Source: Octopus vulgaris (lineage: Eukaryota). From it: a DNA stretch of 64,000 nucleotides. Shown piece after piece: positions 52,571 to 64,000 of this stretch (position 1 is its first letter; the number at the start of each line of letters is the position of its first letter). A program made the translations under genes and the position numbers. The stretch lies in assembly GCA_951406725.2 (NCBI GenBank), contig OX597815.1, forward strand, positions 171,864,001 to 171,928,000, in the 5' to 3' direction. Below the pieces are notes generated by a model. The model was given only the letters and a program-made list of their open reading frames with translations. It was not told the origin of the DNA and ran no database searches.

Positions 52571-55500
52571 GTGTGTGTGTGTGTGCAAACATACATATAT
52601 ACAGTTATCTAAGGAGGTTTCATAAGTTAGAAAAAGAAAGAGTACCTGCAATATAAAGGTTTCTTCAGGTTCCATACTCCAACTTCACTTACGTAGTATT
52701 GGACAGTCCACAGCTATAGTAGAGTACACCTGTGCTTGGGTGTGTGTGTATACGCATATATACAAATTGGCAATGCATGGGTGTGTGGTTAAAAAGTTTG
52801 TTTTCCAGTCATGTGGGTCAAGTTCAATCCCACTGCATGACACCTTGGGCAAGTGCCTTCTTCTGTAACATAAACCTGACCAAAGTCTTGTGAGTGGATT
52901 TTGTGGATGGAAACTAAAAGATATCCAGCACACACACTAGGGACGGGTATGGTGTAGGTACGAGCATGGCTGTATGGTTAGAAAGTTCTCTTCAAAACCA
53001 TTTGGCTTGTAGTTTGGACCCACTATGTTGATTGACCTCATGAGTAAAATGAGTCAATAGAAGGAAACTGGAGGAAGCCTGTTCTCTCTTTATCTATATA
53101 TATATGTGTGTGTGTATATGTGCATGTGTGAGTGAGTGCATATTCTTATTGATGTGTGCACTGATTGTAAACATAAGTGCATTTATTATACATATATTAT
53201 TTATATATTATTTGCAGTTAATTGTAAATGGAAGTCTCACCATTCATGCAAATAGTGTCAGCTGTTTTTTATCTTCTGTGAAGGCATGTGAGAATTTGCT
53301 ATTTGATAGACTTGGCAATTATTACCTTATTTGGAAATGGGTGAGTGTGTGGGGTTTTTTTTCCGTCCAGGAACGGCCTCCAGCTGTAGAAAATTCTGTT
53401 TCAGTAAAATCACATTGGACCCATGAAAAAATGGAGAAGTAGATGTTAAAACAATGTTGATCATGATGATGATGATCATCATCATCCTTGTTTAACGTCC
53501 ACCTTCCATGCTAGCATGGGTTAGACGGTTTGATAGAAGACTGCACCAGACTTCTGCGTTTGTTTTGGCATGGTTTTTATGGTTGGATGTCCTTCCTAAC
53601 ACCAACCATCCCACAGAATAGACTGGGTGCTTTTTATGTGACACCAGCATAAGTGAGGTTAGTTTTGGCATGGTTTTTACAGCTGGATACCCTTCCAAAT
53701 GCCAACCACTTTACAGTGTGGACTGGGTGTTTTTTTACATGACACCAACACCAGTAGGTCACCAAGTAATTTGCATGTCAAGGAATCTTTGAGAGGTGGT
53801 GTGGCATTGGAGGAGATGATCTTGTGTCAGATAATGAAAGGGTAGAGTGTGACAGAGAGACAGAGGTAGAAACAGATGTCTTGCTGTAGAGATGGTATAT
53901 GGTTACCCAGCCAGAGAGAGAGAGAGAGGAAGAGAGCATAATTGTGTGGTTCATTTCTCATCAATGTATATGTGTGTGTGTTTGTGCTTTCATACCTTGA
54001 CTTAATGTGATAATTATAAATGGATGTCACCATCATTCATTTCCACTCTTCAGTGAAAGCTTGTTCCATCTTGAGGAAATATTACCTTGCTTGGAAACAA
54101 GTGAGCATTGGTGAAAGAAAGGGCATCTAGACATAGAAAATCTGCTTCAAAAAATTCCATCTGATCCAGTTATGATTGTATAAAAATAGCTAAACAGTGG
54201 GTGGTGATGTTGTTGTTATTTCCCTTGTCAGCAGATCATCCAGTGGTTTTGTCTCCTTGCAGATGTTGGTATAAGAAATCCTTTACTTGAAATACAAGTA
54301 AAGATTGGTAATGAACATCTGGCAGCAAAACAATGCCTGAATAATACATTTGTCTAACCTATGCTAGCATGCAAAAAACAGACATTAAAACAGCAATTGA
54401 ATATGTGTGAGTATATTTATGTGTGTATATATATATGTATGTGTATATATGTAAACAAATATATATATATATATGTATGTGTATATATGTAAACAAATAT
54501 ACATATATATCCATGTTATATACCAATATATATAAATATACACACCACACACATATCTTTTTATTTATACTGTAGTGATGTGTGTGTGTACATGATTTCT
54601 TTAGCTGGATGCTCTTCCCAACAGTAACCACTTTTTACAGTGTATTGACTAAGTGCCCCTTTTCCCCCCTTAGTTTTTTGCAATAGCAGCATTATAGAAG
54701 TTGTCTTTCTCTCTTAGCAAAATTAAAGAGTCCTCTCAGCATTGCATTATCTCTGCTTAATTCATCAGCCTCTTGTTGCTGGTACCTTTTGTGAAGTTCT
54801 TGTATGGTTATCTCATAACTTGCAGGACCAAAGATCCTCTTTGTCAGCAATGAAGAATAAAAGAAAGAAAGAGAGAGAGAGAGAGACTGATGATTTAAGG
54901 CAAATTCTTGAGAAGAGATAAAATCCAAACAGAGAGACAAATTTATTGTTGTGAGATGGTTGTAGTGGAAAGAGTAACAGAGGAGACAGTGTTAAGGGAA
55001 ATAATGGAAAAGAACAAGTATGAATGGAAAGGAATGAGCTTTGTTGGGAGGGGGAGGTTGTTAGTGAAACAGAGATAGGGACAATGATAATGACAATGGA
55101 ATGAATTGAGTAGAAAGGATTTAATATTACCCCATGTTATAAGGGTGAGTATTTTTGAAGGGATGCATGAAAAATAACCAGATACATTGGTGAAAGGAAC
55201 CAGAGAAGAAGTTGGGGAAGGACCAGAAAAGGTCAGTGGGGTAGTGTCATGGAAATAGGTTAGAGAAAGGGAGATATGTTAGAGAGAGGGAGATAAGTGA
55301 GAGAGAGAGAGAGAGAGGTAGATGGAGGAGCTGTGGATGAATGCTGTAAAAACAGTGATAGAAAGGAAAGGAGAGTGTAATAGAGAGAGAGGAGAACAGA
55401 GGATGAATGCAACTCAGTCATCATCCATATTTATTCTTTTTAAGTGTTCCCTGTGCTATGTGTGCACTAGAGTGCAGGTTTTCTCCAACAACACCTTATC

Positions 55501-55599
55501 ACCAATTACTGCACTCCTTTGTTATCTCTTTTCTGAAATCCAGCATCTTGATATCAATTTTCACCACTTCATCTCATAAATTTTCTAAGTTTTCTTCTT

Positions 55600-56420
55600 C
55601 CACAAGTACCACCATTTTGAACATATAACACAATTTTTTATGCAGCTGCAATCACCATATGCATCACATGCCCTTACCAATACAATCTTCTCTTTGCACA
55701 CACCATCTGATTCCTCTTATACACAGCTTTACCCTCAGCTCATTTGTACTCTACTGTTCATGCATTACACATTACACTAACATTACACATCTGCAATTAC
55801 TCTACATTCAAGGCTTATGTCTTAGTCTCAGTAGCATTGTATTTTACATACAAACATTTGCCCTTCACCCCAAGGAGCACCCTAAAGGAGAAGCCCTTTA
55901 TTGCTAGCAAAAGTTGTTGCTTCTTCAATTTTTTCCATGTTCTTACTCAGGCTGTGATTCTTTAAGTGCAGCTTCCCACATTAATTAGGTCAGTTTTGTA
56001 ACAGGAAAACTTCCAAGTAATTAAGAGAATCTATATCCCAGGTGCTCTTCATGATTCATACTCCTGATCATCTGCCAAGGGTTACCTTTAATGTTAACCT
56101 GTCTGTGCTCTCACTACACTTCTTATGTACTCAGGTTTATACTGGATGCTCTGTTTAGAGTTTCTACCTATTTCTTTTCTGCACACTGAGTATAGCCATT
56201 TCCCTGAAGGCAACAGAGTCCTGCCTTCTTTTCTTATTAGCATAAGTTTAGTTTTAACAAAGTTTCTTTTAAGACCTTTCAATTCTATATTTTGCTTCCA
56301 TATTTGGAATTTCTCCAAATTGTCCACAGATTTAGCTATAAGAATAAGACCATCAGCATACAGGTGTTCCCATAGATAACCAGTCTTAAAATCTCTGTTA
56401 TGGCTTAGAAGACTTCAATA
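55600..56420 (-). pseudogene. old RTE RT remnant
   Basis: LEKFQIWKQNIELKGLKRNFVKTK...SGKWLYSVCRKEIGRNS. Confidence 0.75.
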
Positions 56421-57795
56421 AACAAGAATTTAGTATTTCATTTATCCTTTGTCAGTTTGTCAGTGAACCATGTGTGTGTGTGTATGTGTGTAGCTATACA
56501 TACATTCATATATGTATATAATATGTTTAGATGTAGGCTTATGGCTGTAGTTACAAACTTCACTCTCAAATCATGTGTTTTGGGGTTCAGTTCCTCTACA
56601 CACCACCATTGCCAAGTCTCTTCTACTATAGACCTACACCAACTAAAGAATGGATTAAATAGACAGAAACTGAAAGAGGCCTTATGAATGTATGTATGTA
56701 CATATGTCTGCCAGCCTGTAGTGTGTGTGTGTGTGCAGTAGTTTTTGCCAGAGCTTTCTTGCATGTTTTTAAAAGATTCATTGGAAAACCACTAGGGTTC
56801 TTTGCTGAGCTCAAGTTTGTCTTATCAATGGCTGATACTACATCCTCTACCAATGATCAATAGCTGCCTTTTCCTTGTGTAAAATTGCAGTGTTGAAGAA
56901 GTCATTAGGCTTATATATTTGCATATTTCCCAGTAGGGAAGTTGAAACTCTATGGAATTGCTTATTTAGTATTTCATTTATCCTTTGTCAGTTTGCAATC
57001 AGTGAACCATGTTCTTCAAACTGAGATGAATTTTTTTCATAATTTTGTAAATGGCTGTAGGTTTTATTTTTATATTTTCAACTGTTCCAGTTCCCTTTTC
57101 TTCCCTCTCCTTTTCATTGTAGAATCTGAGTTTGTTTTCTTTTCTGAAAATACTATTTTTAAGTAGGACTTCTTGCTCTCATTAAATTGTATATTTAAGC
57201 AATTTGAAATCTTTATTCTTTGTCTCATAACAGCTTTCCTGTCTCTTGGGAAAATTTAATGCATATGGCATGCATTATTGACAAAAATTTAAGTTTCATG
57301 TTATTGTCTTCTACAGGAATACTTTTTGGCTAATTTTGTTTCACCTTCTTTTTTTAAACTGATTTCCAAACAGCTTTGTAGTAGTTCTGGCTGGAGAGGA
57401 ATTAGTTCCTTCTTCTGTGGCTTAAATCTTTGATTAGCTTTGAGTTTTTTTTATATTATGGTCTGACAAAATTGTCTTACCTCCATATGTAGATGAATTC
57501 TAGGTTATTAGTGAAGCAGAGTTCCATGATGGTGTTAATCATAATCAGGTTAATCAAATAATCAGTATTATTTGTTCCATGAACATCATTTTAGTGAGAT
57601 ACTGATTTTTTTCATCACATGATATTCTTTTGGGTAATTTGATGTTTGAGAAGTTGAAGTTGATATGCTGATATAATTTTGTTAAACATTTCTTTTCTCA
57701 ATATAAGGCCCTCCTCAAACTTAACATTGTGATTTGAGGCAAAGATGGATATGATGTACATACTACCACATGGGGTTCTTTATATGTACTATTTA

Positions 57796-58130
57796 TGTGA
57801 AGGTGCATGGCTCAATGATTAGAGCATCGGGCTCACAATCATGAGGTAGTGAGCTCAAATCCTGGACCAGGCTGTGTTTTTTGTTCTTGAGCAAGACACT
57901 TTATCTCATGTTGTTTTAGTTCACTCAACTATAGAAATGAGTTACAATGTCACTGGTGCCAAATTGTATTGATCTTTACCTTTCCCTCAGATAACATCAG
58001 TTGCATAGGGGAGGCTGGTATTCATGGGCGACTACTAGTCTTCCATAAAATATCTTGCCCAGACTTGTGCCTCAGAGAATAACTTTTTAAGTGCAATCCC
58101 ATGGTCATTCATGACCAAAAGAGATCCTTC
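57796..58130 (+). mobile_element. CORE-like SINE family C variant
   Basis: Direct paralog of 58863-59214. Confidence 0.8.
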
Positions 58131-58862
58131 CTCAAGTCTGTGTTTGATAGGGTTAAAAGAGCAACATATTTATGCATATAAATGACAACTTTCTGCCCTT
58201 CCCCTCTCCAAATCCTTCAATTATCCCAAAATGTAACAGCACAACAACAAAGAACACCATTATACCATTAACCACAATAGCAATTAAAAGCACCACTTAC
58301 TCCATTAAAAAAAATAAAGCTGAAGATAACTATTTACAAAAAGTCCTGTACAAGACAGCTGGTATGCTGCAATAATTGGTTTGTGCACTACCTAAAAATA
58401 CAAACTCCAAATTTAACCCCATTGTAAAGATGCTGCTTTTCCTCAATTTTTATTGAATTGTCTGAGCAGGAGTGTTCTGCACAAGCTTTATGCATCAGTT
58501 TCAGCTATATTTACAGGGTAGCATCCAATTAGTTTGACATGGTGGTGAATGGTATAATGATGTAATTAGTTTGTTGTATGTTGGAATGGGTGATGTATTT
58601 GGCGGTGAAAGGGATGGTGGGTTGGAAAGATCTGGGTTAGTCAGGTTAGATTTGTTGTTTGGTAAGGACTGAAATATATTTGAAGTTTTGCAGTTTGAAT
58701 TGTTTTATATGTGAATGAGTTGTAAATGTTTAATCCTTCATGTTAAGTGTATTCACTGATAAAGTTGAGATTGCATGTATATATAACATATATAAATATA
58801 TAACACATACACACACATGCACACATATTAATTACATATTTTTACATTGTTAATTATGTAAT

Positions 58863-59214
58863 ATGTGAAGGTGCATGGCTCAGTGGTTAAAGCATCAGGC
58901 TCACAATCATGAGGTAGTGAGTTCAATTCCCAGACCAGGCTGTGTTTGTGTTCTTGAGCAAGACACTTTTATTTCATGTTGCTCCAGTTCGCTCAGCTGT
59001 AGAAATGAGTTGCAACATCATTGATGCCAAGCTGTATTGGTCTTTAGCTTTCCCTTGGAGAACACATCGATGACATAGAGAGGGGAGGCTGGTATGCATG
59101 GGCAACTGCTGGTCTTCTATGAATAACCTTGCCTGGACTTGTACCTTGGAGGTGAACTTTCTAGGGGCAATCCCATGATCATTCATGACTGAAGGGTGTC
59201 TTTATCCTTTACCC
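58863..59214 (+). mobile_element. CORE-like SINE, full length with TSD
   Basis: 11-bp TSD AATTATGTAAT at 58852-58862 and 59215-59225. Confidence 0.9.
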
Positions 59215-60333
59215 AATTATGTAATTATTATACGAATGATAATGTTTGTATTCTAGCTGTAAAAACAGCTGTGGAACTTAAAAATGAAATTTTCAAATAT
59301 TAGTGAGATCTTTACTTTTTATTCTTTTTATTCTTCTCAATATATTGCTCTATAAAACCTTATTTATTTCTGCAAACTCATTCCTGTTATAGATAATCAC
59401 TACCTTGTCACCTAATTTACTACCTTTCAACTGTCACACTGGGTCAATAGAAGCCATGTCATGCTTCACTCTACAGGTTCTTACATGTATTTTGTGCTTA
59501 TAATTTATATCATATTATGCACAGTTTGTTGACTTCTACATACAATTGAATGCATATTATTACTTGTTACATGAATTATATATAATTACATATTTGAATC
59601 AACAATGACATGTGATTATGCATTTGTGTGAGTTAGATTTATACACCCTTGGGTGTACATATGCATACAAACATTCCAATGAACCTTATAGCATGTCAAT
59701 AATGCATATCATATACCTGAGTGCCTATATGTAGAATTGAGCACAGCTGTTGTCATACAATTGTAATACTACCAATATTCTTTTCTGTATGGGTATACAA
59801 TGCCCTACCAATATGTTTGTATTTGTGCATATACATATTCCAGTACATATCTTCATACAGAATATCAGTCAACTATTCTGAATCTACATGGTGATACAGT
59901 TTTCATATCATATATCATATCTATGCATAAACATTTGCATATCAAAGTTGCGAGTGATTTGCAGAACAATCAGAACAAGGGAAATAGCTTTTAGTATAAT
60001 CCCTAAATGTTTACATCCCATTATCCAGTTTAATTAACCCTTTCTTTCTGCAGTTGAATAATTGCTAAAAATTGCTAAGATTCAGCATGAAACCATTAGT
60101 ATCATATTAACACTAACCATTCTATTACCAGAAATTATCAATCTTCAGTGTGCTGTTGGTTTCTCACTTTCTTCTTCATTACTTACATTGCATGACTTTT
60201 GGTAAGAGGTTTGCCTCCCAACCACATGGTTTTGCATTCAGTCCTATTGTACGGCACCTTCAGCAAGTGTCTTCTACTATATCCCCAGGACAACCAAGGC
60301 TTTCTGAATGGAAAGAAGCCTGTTGCGTGTGTG

Positions 60334-60785
60334 TCATCATTATCATCATCATCATTTAATGTCCGCTTTCCATGCTAGCAGGGGTTGGACGATTTGACTA
60401 AGGGCTGGCAAACCAGATGGCTGCACCAAGCTTCAATCTTGATCTGGCAGAGTTTCTACAGCTGGATGCCCTTCCTAATGCCAATCACTCCGAGAGTGTA
60501 GTGGGTGCTTTTATGTGCCACTGGCACGGGGCCAGTCAGGCAGTACTGGCAATGACCTTGCTCGAATCTTTTACACATGCTACCGGCACAGGTGCCAGTA
60601 AGGCGATGCTAGTGACAATCACACTCAAATAGTGTCTTTCACGTGCCACCGGCACGGAGGCCAGATAGCCGCTCTGGCAACGATCACATTCGGATTGTGC
60701 TCTTAACACCCTACTAGCACGGGGCTCGTGTGCCAGTAAGGCGATGCTGGTAACAATTACACTCGAATGGTGCCTTTTATGTGCA
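60334..60785 (-). mobile_element. RTE 3' end fragment
   Basis: Colinear with 36598-37052. Confidence 0.8.
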
Positions 60786-61151
60786 TATATATATATAGAC
60801 GTTTCTTTCCTCTCCATTTTTTTTCTCTTTCCTTCTGTTTTCTTTCCCCATTCCTTTATGTAGAAGAGTGTAAGATTGAAGCATCAAGGACCTCTCCCAT
60901 TTTTCCCAAGCATCAAACTAATGTACCCAGTTTGTTTTCTGTAAAAGCATGTCTGGTCATGGAGAAATATTACCTTACTTAGAAACAGTTGAGGGATGCT
61001 GAAAGGAAGGATGTCCAGCTGTAGAAAATCTGCCTCAACAAATTCCATTTGACCCATGTGTGTATGGGGAAAGTGGACATTAAAATAATGAAGATGGAAC
61101 AAGTATGAACAAAAAGCAATGATCTCACTGATATTTCAAAATTTCATTAAG

Positions 61152-61273
61152 TTCTACAGCTGTTTCCGCTGCTAAAATGCAATCATCTATAGCCATATAA
61201 TCATTACATAATTAATATATAAAATACATAATCAATTAATTTGAGTATGATGAGTAAACGGTTTCATCAGGAA
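61152..61273 (-). ncRNA. hammerhead motif with long AT-rich loop II
   Basis: ttc CTGATGA aac cgtt...agcg GAAA cagctg TA gaa. Confidence 0.6.
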
Positions 61274-61515
61274 ATGCAATTGAAATATGAAAATCAAAAC
61301 ACCATTGTTGCTTTAAACGTGACAGAGATGAAACAAAAAATAAAAGTCCACTACACGCATACTCACACACACACACACACACAAATATGTGTGTCTCTGT
61401 GTATGTATATATATGTGTGTGTGTGTGTCTATATATATGTGTGTGTGTATATATATGTGTGTGTGTATGTATATATATATGTATACACATACATATATAA
61501 CAGACAGAGTCAAGA

Positions 61516-61552
61516 CTATTGAAAAGGTTGCAAGACGCAATGAAAATTTTAG
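61516..61552 (+). ncRNA. minimal hammerhead ribozyme, U3:A8 variant
   Basis: cta TTGAAAA g gttgc-aagac-gcaat GAAA at TT tag; same architecture as 5636-5686. Confidence 0.55.
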
Positions 61553-61643
61553 GAAAATAAAAACAAGAAATAAGTGGAAATTTTACCGGTGAGTGTGTTA
61601 AATTATAAGGCACCAAAAGAAAATGACTCTTCCTAGACACAAC

Positions 61644-61674
<31 letters not shown>

Positions 61675-61759
61675 AATAAATGTGTTTGTGTCTGTATATA
61701 TACAAACTCACACATACGTACTTACAAATAATGCATACATGCAGACACTGACATATACG

Positions 61760-61791
<32 letters not shown>

Positions 61792-62737
61792 CTATCTATA
61801 CACACACTCTCACAAACACACGCATATATACACAGACACACATATATTTATTTATTTTATTCCATTATTTATTTAGTTATCTATTATTCTGTACTACTTC
61901 TATACATTCTGCATGCACTATTTGTGCACACATTTGTGCTCATACTTAAACACACAGACACATACAACACTACATAATTTGTGTGGGTGGAGGGATAGTA
62001 TTGATTACCTCCTTTAATTAATTATGGTCATGGTTTCCTTGGCAGTAGTAATGATTTTTTTTCCTCATTTTTTTCTGGGCACTTGGCCAATTTTCTAAGC
62101 AAGGGGCTATATTTCATTTAATTGATCACACTTCATTTGTGCATATGAAAGACAATCACGGCTTTGGCAAGATTTGAACATGAAACATTGATTTACTAAG
62201 GTGGTCTACTTTAAAGAATTCAAACCTGTGCTATGTTACCTTGTGAGTGTTCTGCTTCCAACACAGTTAACATGATATCTTACTTCAATGTGAGGTCAGA
62301 TATCTTTTTAAAAGAGGAAATGAATACTGCATATACAGTATCCATAATTTTCATAAATTTTTCAATTATGGTATCTGCATAAGGGAAGTTGTTTAATTTC
62401 AGCTTGGAATTGAAACCAGTTCACTGCCAAGGTCTTGTCTCATATTCTATACTGTTTACTACAAGTGGTTAGCTATAATAATTATTTCTTATAGAGGCAC
62501 AAGGGATAGATAAAGGTTTTAATTGGTTTTAAATTTCTGAAAATTATTGTACCTTAATCACTGCTGATCCTTTACTATTACTAATAAAAATAAAGTTTGA
62601 GTATGGTAAAACTACTCTGTGGTATCTTTCCTTGTATAGTTAAATAAATTACTGGTGTGTTTTTTTTCTTCTTCCACCTCATCCCTCTTTTTTTCCTGAA
62701 ATGTTAGAGGCTGACGATTGTGTTGTAGAAAGTTTAA

Positions 62738-62949
62738 CCTTTTAGCAGCCAGATTACTTTGTCAAGTGTATTGCTTATTTATTCACATTGTTATGAATTA
62801 ATCATTCATTATCTCATAGCTTGAGATTTCAATGATGTAATTGTTTATTTTTAGAATCACCTAGCTGGATGCGTCTGAGAAGCCAGATTTGGCCTGTTTC
62901 AACATAAAACAGGTAGAATATTTGGGGCAGATAAGGCTAGTCTAAAGGG
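62738..62949. mobile_element. piggyBac-like MITE
   Basis: TTAA|CCTTTTAG ... CTAAAGGG|TTAA. Confidence 0.7.
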
Positions 62950-63490
62950 TTAATAATTATATGGGCTAAATGACCATTTCTGCATCTGTGGGAATAGTGT
63001 ATGAGCAGTAGTGTATGAGGAAGGGGAAGAGGAGGAGCTGGATAATGAATGGCAGCAATACTGGTAACAGCCCTTTACAAGCTATAGCAGGGTGGGATGG
63101 AAACATTTAACTATTTCAACCTTGGTACTTCAATAGTACTTTTCTATCTTCTTTAAAAGGATGAAAAACAAAGTTAACCTTGATATGCTTTAAACTAAGA
63201 TGCCCCACATTGGCACTGAATCCAGGCCCTCTTGATTGCAAATCAAAATTCTTGACTATTCTACCTTTACACAGAGTATAGTTAATTATCTGAAATTTCG
63301 ATGCATGATTTGGTATTTATTTTGTTGATTCCAGAAGAGCAAAAGGTGCAGTTAAGATCAGGGAAATTTGAAATCAGATTGTAGAAGGATGAAACTAAAT
63401 GATTCTCTCTGATTTTGTAACAAAGCCAGCAATTTTGAAGGGAAGAGAACTGGATCACATTGACCCCCACCCATCCACCCATTGTTCAAC

Positions 63491-63878
63491 TCTTTACTCT
63501 TTTACTTGTTTCAGTCATTTGACTGTGGCCATGCTGGAGCACCGCCTTTAGTCGAGCAAATCGACCCCCAGGACTTATTCTTTGTAAGCCTAGTACTTAT
63601 TCTATCGGTCTCTTTTGCTGAACCACTAAGTTATGGGGACGTAAACACACCAGCATCGGTTGTCAAGCGATGTTGGGGGGACAAACACACACACACATAT
63701 ATATATATACATATATACGACGGGCTTCTTTCAGTTTCCGTCTACCAAATCCACCCACAAGGCTTTGGTCGGCCCGAGGCTATAGTAGAAGACACTTGCC
63801 CAAGGTGCCATGCAGTGGGACTGAACCCAAAACCATGTGGTTGGTAAGCAAGCTACTTGCCACACAGCCACTCCTGCC
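63491..63878 (-). mobile_element. SINE family A inserted into a family B SINE
   Basis: Family B halves at ~63415-63490 and ~63880-63990. Confidence 0.85.
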
Positions 63879-64000
63879 AAATCTGAAAGGATGACAAACA
63901 ACATTGACCTTGGTGGCATTTGAACTCAGAATGTAAAGAGATAGAAGAAATGCTGCTAAGCATTTTATTCAGTAATGATTCTACCAGCTATTTTCCCCGT

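Noticed and set aside
60853-60889. Hammerhead relic (cttt ATGTAGA a gagt..gatt GAAG ca tc aagg)
   Set aside because: Several core mismatches; cannot be supported from this copy alone.

Overview
Eukaryotic, AT-rich, microsatellite-saturated DNA. The SINE/LINE repertoire resembles that of coleoid cephalopods, most likely Octopus (inference, not a database result). Most long ORFs in the supplied track are microsatellite or SINE artefacts. Recognisable coding relics are all transposon-derived: a Penelope GIY-YIG endonuclease, RTE, CR1/L2, R4/Dong and Gypsy RT pieces, and a mariner transposase HTH. There are also three tRNA-derived SINE families and several TIR MITEs. Two signals stand out. (1) About ten minimal type-I hammerhead ribozyme (HHR) motifs of the Penelope pseudo-LTR kind; four of them show all four Watson-Crick variants of the tertiary 3:8 core pair, and three form a tandem-plus-inverted cluster. 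(2) A chain of small, phase-compatible minus-strand exons (~49.5 kb to 3.8 kb) that could encode an unrecognised protein, starting near a CpG-retaining, promoter-like domain at ~49-52 kb. Repeat boundaries are approximate unless a TSD/TIR is quoted.
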